From the NCBI GenBank assembly GCA_965207885.1, contig OZ242311.1:3520001-3584000 (forward strand): 64,000 bases of DNA, written 5' to 3'. Both the position numbers and the translations under genes were made by a program. This document shows, in pieces, positions 57,231-64,000 of the stretch (position 1 is the first letter of the stretch; every line of letters begins with the position of its first letter). The stretch comes from Candidatus Latescibacterota bacterium. Lineage in GTDB: Bacteria; Latescibacterota; UBA2968. A model generated the notes under the pieces. The model saw nothing but the letters and a program-made list of their open reading frames with translations, had not been told where the DNA came from and made no database searches.

Positions 57231-57995
57231 TCAATGCACATCTCGTTTTACGATGGTCACATTGACCAGGGCACCGGGGCGGACGTACTTTCCCGCATTC
57301 AAAAAAAGACCCGTTACTTTGCATGTCCCATTTTCCGGATCAATAACAGGACTGATCCCGATAACGCGCCCGGGCAGCGCGCGTTTTCCGCCAGCGGTCG
57401 GCACGGCAGACAGCGGCATATTCATTCGGATCGCGTTCAGCCTTTTCTCGGACACAAACAGATGCACCTGAAAGTCCATAGGGTCGATGACCCGCGCGAC
57501 CGCGGAATAGGCCAGCACCCAGTCGCCTACCTTTACATTGACCTCAACCACCATCCCGTCCTGGGGTGCGATGATCGCGGTTCTGTCCAGTTCCATACGC
57601 GCGGCGACCCAGTTATAGTGTGCAACCTCGGCATCAAACCGGACATTTTCGAGCTGTTGGTCGCTGATCAGCTTCTTATCGTGCAACATTTCCAATCGCG
57701 CTTGCAGGTTCTGGGCCTTCTTCAGTGCAATTCGAGCCGCGGCTTCCTTCACGCGCAGATCCCGACGAGTTAATACCATGAGGGTATCCCCTTTTACCAC
57801 CCGGTCTCCCACCTCGAAGTTGACCTGCTGCATCCGCGCGTTCATCCCGGCATAGACCGTCACCGATCGCGCAGGTACTAAAGGTGCTCTCAATATCAGT
57901 TCTTGTGCATTGACCCTTGCGGCAACGAGCATGAGGAACAGACCGCACAAAAACATCGCGTTGTATATCATAGTTGCAAGTGACTGGTGAACCAT
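57231..57995 (-). CDS. Efflux periplasmic adaptor (membrane fusion protein)
   Basis: Lipoyl halves GDRVxKGD and IxAPxDG around an alpha-hairpin; CAGGAGG RBS before ATG 57995. Confidence 0.82.
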   Translation of the reverse strand: MVHQSLATMIYNAMFLCGLFLMLVAARVNAQELILRAPLVPARSVTVYAGMNARMQQVNFEVGDRVVKGDTLMVLTRRDLRVKEAAARIALKKAQNLQARLEMLHDKKLISDQQLENVRFDAEVAHYNWVAARMELDRTAIIAPQDGMVVEVNVKVGDWVLAYSAVARVIDPMDFQVHLFVSEKRLNAIRMNMPLSAVPTAGGKRALPGRVIGISPVIDPENGTCKVTGLFLNAGKYVRPGALVNVTIVKRDVH

Positions 57996-58048
57996 GGGAA
58001 TACCCTCCTGTATGGGTTGGAATTGAAACTTCGTGCCCTTCATATAGG

Positions 58049-58064
58049 GCAAAAACTGTGCCAA
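58049..58064 (-). promoter_or_regulatory. Sigma54 (-24/-12) promoter
   Basis: TTGGCACAGTTTTTGC = GG-N10-GC consensus. Confidence 0.8.
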
Positions 58065-58141
58065 AATTCACAAAAAACCCGTAACTGATTGCAGGAGAGC
58101 GTGTTGTTAAAAAATGCCGAAAAAAGGATGTGCGGAAAACT

Positions 58142-58200
58142 GTGTCATATGACACCTTAGGTGTTTCAAATGAAACAGTAAGTGTTCCAAATGAAACAGT
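58142..58200. repeat. Three palindromic boxes, putative activator binding sites
   Basis: GTGTCATATGACAC, GTGTTTCAAATGAAACAGT and GTGTTCCAAATGAAACAGT. Confidence 0.7.
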
Positions 58201-58243
58201 TGGGATTAGAATGAAATAGGGGGATTACGAAGGAAGATTACAC

Positions 58244-58274
58244 AAAAAATGCCCTGAAGAACACAGGGCATTTT
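58244..58274 (-). terminator. Intrinsic terminator
   Basis: AAAATGCCCTG/CAGGGCATTTT stem with a T-run on the minus strand. Confidence 0.7.
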
Positions 58275-58347
58275 GAAAGATATTTAGAGCATACCATACA
58301 ACGGGCTGTCATCATCGGTCCTGCGGGCATTGTTTGCGTTTTGCCAT

Positions 58348-60855
58348 TCAATTTCCCTCTCTGATCTGTGTTCTGGCCGCCACAGCTTTTACAGCTTCTA
58401 TGCCCAGGCGGTCTTCGAGTTGTTTCAAGTACAAACTGCGCGGAGAGACCTTCAGCCCGTGTGATTCCCAATATCCATCTTCGCGCCTGTACCAGCCGTC
58501 TCGTTTCTCGCCGATGCAACCAATGGCATAATTTTGTGATGTTGGGGGTTTTTGCACGATAAAGCTCTCTGCTTCGCAATTCCACAATACTTTTTGCGCG
58601 CCCGCCCAACCGTGGCCGGTGCCCGAACCTTGCCGATCCTGAACATTGATGGCATTGCCGTTTACGATTACGTTGTCAAATAGGGTGCAAACAGACCACC
58701 GGTGATGGGGGCCTGAATCATTATGCGCGATATCCGCCGTGCAATCCAAAAACACATTTGGCCCTGGTACGCGGGCGTGTAGCACATAATCGTGGCGACC
58801 CCGCCGGGTATAACACCGTTGCACGAGGGACAATTGCCCGTGGATGGGAAATGAATATCGCCGTCCCCCGGTGATCTGTGATACGGGATCCAGACACTGG
58901 CTATCCTGCACGGTCATCCATTTTGCCAGATTGCCAATGGTTACACATGCATAGCCAAAGTGAACCGAGGTGATATCGCGTGCCCACGCATTCTGCACGC
59001 GTGAAAATACGACGAAATTCCAGGCGTGATCTTCATCGATAAACTCATCCTCCCTACTTTCATCTTTTTCGCTGTCATCAAACTCCGATACACCGCGCAA
59101 GTTCTCGATGCCGACCTGTTCAATGCGCCCGAGATATTCGTATTTGAGAACCCACCCGCCGCCGTATTCGCGTTCAAATGCATTGCCCATGGGCGCGTCG
59201 ATTGTTATCCGGTTGCCTTCTATGGCAGTTATGGTACGGTCAAAGCGAAAGTCGTAAGTGCCCGGTTCCCACTGCCGAACATCGGGATGTGACATCTCAA
59301 TGCGATCCATCCCTATTGCCGCAATCCACTGTGCCGTACTGGGGCGATGCACGAGGATCTCATCGCCAACTGCAAAACCCGAAGCATCTACTATAGAAAA
59401 TATTTTTGCGCCTACGGGGACATAATCATCTACAATGGCCTGTCGCGTTCCCCCTACCTCTTGCCAGAATGATCTGCCTTCAAACTCGATCAATGTGCGC
59501 TGTTCTGTTCCCGTTGCAATCAATACCGTGCCGTTTTCACCTTCGCCTTCACCGCGCAGTACAACGCCACTTGCCCGAATGTACAGGGTCCCACCAATCC
59601 GATATTTTCCGCGCTTGAGTAACAAGGTCCCGCGAAATCCATTGGCGTCCAGTGCGCGCGTAGATACGTCGTCAATTGCCGCTTGCAATCGCGCTGTGTC
59701 GTCTCCCCCGGCCTGTGGCTGTACCGTCATCGCCACTGGCACATCTGGCAGAGCCACACCACCACCCATATAGCCACAATGTGAAAAGTCTGGAATGATA
59801 TTGCCCTTCTCATCTGGTACATAGGCCAGTCGCCCGTCAGGTCCCGAATATACCAGTTTACTGTTCTGAGGTACATAAGATACCGAACTGCTCCGCGTTT
59901 GGATAAAATCTGCAACTTGCGCCCAAATTGGGATAGGATATATGGAGGGGTCACGTGAGGCGATAATATCCCGAGGAATTGGCACGCGGATCCTGGTTGT
60001 TCCCGCCTCGATCGTCTGTGTCAATAAAATCTGCGTTTCGGTTCCCACCACAATGTTTAATGGTTGTGTGGTGGCGTTTTCAAATGTGATGGGTATATAC
60101 CACTGCGTGCCGCCAGATCCGAGCCCAGCGGCAAAAGTGAGGAAATCCCCAAAACCGATTTGTCCATCAGAATCGAGATCGTAGATGGGATCATATCCCG
60201 CATCGGTCTGCGTTGCTCCGAATTTCTGAACAAAGAGGATAAAATCACTAAAACCAACGGCTCCGTTGTCATCGAAATCGAGATGGTCAATGGAATTTAT
60301 TTCCTGTACTGGCGCGTCAACTTGCCATGAAAAGGTCTGATTGACGGTTGCAATATGATCGATGAACAGGCGCGCGTTTGAATTTTGACTGGTTTCTGTT
60401 CTATACGTGATGTATCGCCTGTTGTAATCGGGGTCTCTGCCCCAGATCTCGTGGGGTTTTGCCAGTTCTACAACGGCAAGTTGCCAGCCCTGAGGCGGTG
60501 TTTGTCCCTCCCAGATCGTATATATGGCTTCCCTACCGCCGCCCAGAGGGTGGTTGCGGACCTTGATTTTGAGATCCCTCAGGCCATTGCCCTCTACTTT
60601 CCACCAGAAGCTCAAGCTGTGTCTTTGGGAGATATCCTGCCCCGTGCTAAAAAAATTGTAGGTAAAGAATCCCGTCTGACCCGCTGGTGGGGAAGTAACG
60701 ATGGCAAAGCGACCCTCCTGGGCATCTCTGGATAACTGTACATTGTTGGACCATCCGGATAGATTGTCGCAATAGGTCAGCGTTTGCACCGGATCGCTGG
60801 CAGAGCAAGGACAGGCCCACAGAAATAGAATTGTGCAGGTGATAATTGATCGCAT
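58348..60855 (-). CDS. Secreted multidomain protein: CBM-like + dockerin/EF-hand-like + beta-helix (lyase-like)
   Basis: Signal peptide; DFDDNGxVGFSDF...DLDSDGxIGFGDF; IPDFSxCGY, GVVLRGEG, GPHHRW and HGWAGA motifs. Confidence 0.7.
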   Translation of the reverse strand: MRSIITCTILFLWACPCSASDPVQTLTYCDNLSGWSNNVQLSRDAQEGRFAIVTSPPAGQTGFFTYNFFSTGQDISQRHSLSFWWKVEGNGLRDLKIKVRNHPLGGGREAIYTIWEGQTPPQGWQLAVVELAKPHEIWGRDPDYNRRYITYRTETSQNSNARLFIDHIATVNQTFSWQVDAPVQEINSIDHLDFDDNGAVGFSDFILFVQKFGATQTDAGYDPIYDLDSDGQIGFGDFLTFAAGLGSGGTQWYIPITFENATTQPLNIVVGTETQILLTQTIEAGTTRIRVPIPRDIIASRDPSIYPIPIWAQVADFIQTRSSSVSYVPQNSKLVYSGPDGRLAYVPDEKGNIIPDFSHCGYMGGGVALPDVPVAMTVQPQAGGDDTARLQAAIDDVSTRALDANGFRGTLLLKRGKYRIGGTLYIRASGVVLRGEGEGENGTVLIATGTEQRTLIEFEGRSFWQEVGGTRQAIVDDYVPVGAKIFSIVDASGFAVGDEILVHRPSTAQWIAAIGMDRIEMSHPDVRQWEPGTYDFRFDRTITAIEGNRITIDAPMGNAFEREYGGGWVLKYEYLGRIEQVGIENLRGVSEFDDSEKDESREDEFIDEDHAWNFVVFSRVQNAWARDITSVHFGYACVTIGNLAKWMTVQDSQCLDPVSQITGGRRYSFPIHGQLSLVQRCYTRRGRHDYVLHARVPGPNVFLDCTADIAHNDSGPHHRWSVCTLFDNVIVNGNAINVQDRQGSGTGHGWAGAQKVLWNCEAESFIVQKPPTSQNYAIGCIGEKRDGWYRREDGYWESHGLKVSPRSLYLKQLEDRLGIEAVKAVAARTQIREGN

Positions 60856-60889
60856 TGTGTGTTCTCCTGACCGCTATTGGAAATAGTCC

Positions 60890-60953
60890 CTATTGAGATA
60901 GACAATTGTAGGATAGTGTCTCTATTGAGACTGACAATTGCAGGATTATGTCT
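60890..60953. repeat. Tandem 32-bp direct repeat in the upstream region
   Basis: CTATTGAGATAGACAATTGTAGGATAGTGTCT / CTATTGAGACTGACAATTGCAGGATTATGTCT (27 of 32 identical). Confidence 0.8.
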
Positions 60954-60980
60954 ATAACTGCGTAACATTACAAAATTAAA

Positions 60981-61008
60981 TAGGGCAGACCTTGTGTGGC
61001 CTGCCCTA
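60981..61008. terminator. Hairpin (terminator or REP-like) after the ABC ATPase
   Basis: TAGGGCAG...CTGCCCTA stem. Confidence 0.5.
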
Positions 61009-61058
61009 CTATTGGAATTATTTTGCTTCAGGTGAATCCAGAAACGCCTTAACGCTGT

Positions 61059-61838
61059 TTACTCAGCCGTTGGATCAAAGCCTTCAATACGCCCTTCCTG
61101 AATCTCGATCTCATCGCGCCGTCTCACCCGCTCAACCTGTCCATCGCGCAAATCGACCACGCGATCAGATACCCCGAGCATCTTGTGGTCGTGGGTATTG
61201 GTCACAATGGTCACACCGCTTTCGCCCTGCATCTTGAGCAACAACTCGATAATTTCCTGTCCGGTCTTCAAATCGAGATTTCCAGTCGGCTCATCAGCCA
61301 AAATCAAATCGGGATCATTGGCCATCGCTCTGGCAATTGCCACGCGCTGCTGCTGTCCACCCGATAGCTCGTAGGGTTTGTGATGCAGGCGGTCGGAAAG
61401 GCCCACCAGCGACAATTTATGTGCTGCTTTCTCTTCGTAATCTTTGCGCGACATACCCGAAAACACCATGGGCAAAGCCACATTTTCAAGCGCCGTCATC
61501 ACAGGAATCAGGTTAAACGACTGAAAAATATATCCCACACTGTGGCAGCGCAAATAGGCAATTTGCCCCTGGCTCATATCGCCCATATTGGCACCGTTGA
61601 CCAATACAGTTCCCTTCGTGGGTGTATCCAATGCCCCGACCATGTTAAACATCGTGGTTTTTCCCGAGCCAGAAGGACCCATAATGGACAAATACTCACC
61701 GCGAATCACATCGAGGTTCACGCCTTGCAGGGCATGCACTTCCTGGTCGCCCATCCGATAGGTCTTCCAGACCCCTTGAACTTTGATAATATAATCTTCA
61801 GCATCAACCTGTTGTTCAGCAGCCGATTCCTGAGCCAT
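61059..61838 (-). CDS. ABC ATP-binding protein (LolD/MacB/FtsE type)
   Basis: GPSGSGK, GYIFQSFNL, LSGGQQQR, ADEPTGNLD and THD motifs. Confidence 0.93.
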   Translation of the reverse strand: MAQESAAEQQVDAEDYIIKVQGVWKTYRMGDQEVHALQGVNLDVIRGEYLSIMGPSGSGKTTMFNMVGALDTPTKGTVLVNGANMGDMSQGQIAYLRCHSVGYIFQSFNLIPVMTALENVALPMVFSGMSRKDYEEKAAHKLSLVGLSDRLHHKPYELSGGQQQRVAIARAMANDPDLILADEPTGNLDLKTGQEIIELLLKMQGESGVTIVTNTHDHKMLGVSDRVVDLRDGQVERVRRRDEIEIQEGRIEGFDPTAE

Positions 61839-61882
61839 TGTGTTCTCCTCTGAAACAATAAAGTTCACCATTGAACTCACGT

Positions 61883-61911
61883 ATGGTAGCGAAAACCCAT
61901 GGGCATGTCAA
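61883..61911 (-). promoter_or_regulatory. Sigma70 promoter of the ABC ATPase
   Basis: TTGACA-N17-TACCAT. Confidence 0.6.
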
Positions 61912-62029
61912 GCCATTTTAATCGGAATAAAATTCTACGTGATTCCACAGGCGTCTTCTGCTATATTCTAAACCGCATTGTGCTACACACCAGTAGTGTC
62001 TCCAAAACTATGGCAGAAAGGACCATATC

Positions 62030-62854
62030 ATGAAACTCGCAGTATGTAATGAATTTTTCGAAGATTGGAAAATCGAGGACGTCTTTAACTACGCAGCAGA
62101 AATTGGCTGTGACGGCGTGGAAATTGCGCCTTTTACACTCGCGGAAAGCGTCACACAAATCTCTGCAAAACAGCGCAGCGACATTCGCAAAGCCGCGGAA
62201 AAGGCTGGCGTGGAAATCGTTGGCTTGCACTGGCTACTCGCCAGTCCACCAGGGCTTTATCTCACACATCCCGACAAATCCATCCGCGACAAAACTGAGG
62301 ACTATATCAAAGCATTGATCAACTTTTGCGGCGATTTGGGCGGACAGGTTATGATCCACGGCTCACCGGCACAGCGCAACATCCAAAAAGGCTGGGACCG
62401 CGAAGAATGCTGGAAATACGCCGTCGATGTCTTTTCAAACTGCACCGCAGAAATGCAACAAAACAACGTCACCTACTGCATCGAAGCACTCACGGGCAAA
62501 GAAACCAATATCCTGAACTCCATCTCTGAAGCCCTCAAAATGGTCGCCGATGTCGGCCACCCAAATTTCCAGACCATGGTCGATACCAAAGCCGCAGCCG
62601 CCGAAAACAAACCCCATGTAGATGTAATCGCCGAAGCTGGCAAAGCCATGCGCCATGTCCATGTCAACGACCCCAATTTGCGCGGTCCGGGATTTGGCGA
62701 TCTGCAATTTGCATCCATCCTCCGCGCCCTCAAAGACCGCCACTACAATGGTTATGTATCCGTAGAAGTCTTTGACTTCAAGCCCGACCCACAAACCATT
62801 GCCGCACGCAGCATCGGTTATCTCAAGGGTATTTTAGAGGGATTAGAAAATTAG
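62030..62854 (+). CDS. Sugar phosphate isomerase/epimerase (ketose 3-epimerase-like TIM barrel)
   Basis: GVEIAPFT, IEAL, HVHVNDPNxxGPGxG and SVEVF motifs. Confidence 0.85.
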   Translation: MKLAVCNEFFEDWKIEDVFNYAAEIGCDGVEIAPFTLAESVTQISAKQRSDIRKAAEKAGVEIVGLHWLLASPPGLYLTHPDKSIRDKTEDYIKALINFCGDLGGQVMIHGSPAQRNIQKGWDREECWKYAVDVFSNCTAEMQQNNVTYCIEALTGKETNILNSISEALKMVADVGHPNFQTMVDTKAAAAENKPHVDVIAEAGKAMRHVHVNDPNLRGPGFGDLQFASILRALKDRHYNGYVSVEVFDFKPDPQTIAARSIGYLKGILEGLEN

Positions 62855-62856
62855 AA

Positions 62857-63687
62857 TCAATGTTCCGGCAACCGCTCTGCCACAAAACCCAATTCTTCTT
62901 TAATTCGACTCACATCGTAAACACTATCGTATTCATGCCCGGGCCGTTCAAAATGCGACAGATCCACCTCATCGCCCCACCAGGCGCGAAAAATCTCCGC
63001 CACGGGTACGGCAACCCACGCCTTTGGACCCGCGGCATTCATAATGCGAACCCCGGGTTTGTGCGGTGACAGTGCAGACAGCGCGAATACCCGAACTGCA
63101 TCTGGCAAATCCATAATGGTCATGGAGCCCAGGCCCCACTGTCGCGTCGGAGAAATATTTCGCAAAGGCGGCAATCCGGCGTGCGGCACCGAAGACAGAC
63201 GCAAATTAATCACATCGATATCGCCATCTTGCCGCGCATAGAACTTTGTGATCTCCTCCATCAAAAATTTTGACAACCCATACCCATTGCGATCCAGACA
63301 TGGGTGCTCATCGGGAATCGGCAATGTCTGCGGACGAAAAGCCTCATTCTGCATCCCAACCGCTGCGATCGAACTCGCCATCACAAATTTGCGGCATCCG
63401 CGATCCATCAAATAGCGCATCAAACACCGCGTACCCTCCACATTGACAATCACCGCATCGCGCTCCGAACAACCGCCGGTCACAGCCGCGAGATGAATCA
63501 CAACATCAATCGACTCATCATTGAGCTGTTGCAAATCTTCAAAAGAGCCAAACTCGCCGTTCACATAGGGCAAATCCAATTCTGGATTATTTCGACTCAT
63601 ACAAATCACCCTGTGATCTTCCGCCATCGAGACCGACAGTGCCCGACCGATAAAACCACTCGCCCCGGTAATCAGTACTGTGCTCAC
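62857..63687 (-). CDS. NAD-dependent epimerase/dehydratase
   Basis: TGASGFIG and YGLSK motifs. Confidence 0.85.
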   Translation of the reverse strand: MSTVLITGASGFIGRALSVSMAEDHRVICMSRNNPELDLPYVNGEFGSFEDLQQLNDESIDVVIHLAAVTGGCSERDAVIVNVEGTRCLMRYLMDRGCRKFVMASSIAAVGMQNEAFRPQTLPIPDEHPCLDRNGYGLSKFLMEEITKFYARQDGDIDVINLRLSSVPHAGLPPLRNISPTRQWGLGSMTIMDLPDAVRVFALSALSPHKPGVRIMNAAGPKAWVAVPVAEIFRAWWGDEVDLSHFERPGHEYDSVYDVSRIKEELGFVAERLPEH

Positions 63688-63700
63688 AATCCCTCCTTAT

Positions 63701-64000
63701 TTAATCGCTAAAAATATCACTCGCTCCACCTAAAACACCTGCAATGACCTCTCCCTCTTTCATCACCATCCCCACCTGCCGCAAGCAGGCAATATCCTCA
63801 AGCGGATTGCCATCCAGTGCAATCACATCCGCGAACATCCCAACACTAAGGTGTCCAACGCAATCCGCCAGGCCCAACATTTCAGCCGTATTCGTCGTTA
63901 CCGCCTTTAACGCATCCACCTCTGACACGCCCAGCCCAACGAGTTCTTTTGCCTCGCGCCAGAGCGTTGCATGCGTGCTATCGGTCCCCAAACACACTTT
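63701..64000 (-). CDS. Amidohydrolase, C-terminal part (runs off the window)
   Basis: GTDS, A.MLG...GxLxxGxxAD, GNPLEDI and VMKEG motifs. Confidence 0.8.
   Translation of the reverse strand, partial: KVCLGTDSTHATLWREAKELVGLGVSEVDALKAVTTNTAEMLGLADCVGHLSVGMFADVIALDGNPLEDIACLRQVGMVMKEGEVIAGVLGGASDIFSD

Noticed and set aside
57996-58064. TTG start of the adaptor ORF at 58064
   Set aside because: It coincides with the sigma54 -24 box; ATG 57995 has a good RBS.
58142-60953. Short repeats as a CRISPR array
   Set aside because: There are only two adjacent copies of each, with no spacers and no cas genes.

Overview
A gene-dense bacterial chromosome window. PhyH dioxygenases, a heparinase II/III-like protein, an FN3/cadherin lipoprotein and a dockerin/EF-hand-like secreted protein suggest a Latescibacterota/Poribacteria-like marine or sponge-associated lineage (inference only). 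Housekeeping and catabolic genes include a DsrK-like/cysteine desulfurase/DsrC cluster, mqnBD, larB, dusB, a dapF-like gene, a sulfite oxidase-family gene and tRNA-Phe. Main observations: (1) a hidden exported selenoprotein (13022-13594, minus strand) with an in-frame UGA in a U-x-x-C motif and a SECIS-like hairpin; (2) a tnpB-only IS200/IS605 element (20873-22193) whose insertion leaves the host protein sequence unchanged; (3) a defence island (~33.1-39.9 kb) with a SIR2-APAZ + short Argonaute (SPARSA-type) pair whose Ago gene is split in frame-restorable fashion by an IS5 element, plus Mrr and toxin-antitoxin remnants; (4) an uncharacterised three-gene membrane operon (two OPT-like proteins around a 1500-aa M28-peptidase/FtsX fusion) with a nearby orphan LolD/MacB-type ATPase; (5) a sigma54 promoter with upstream palindromic activator sites. 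No CRISPR array or rRNA was seen. All calls come from reading motifs by eye; no database searches were run.
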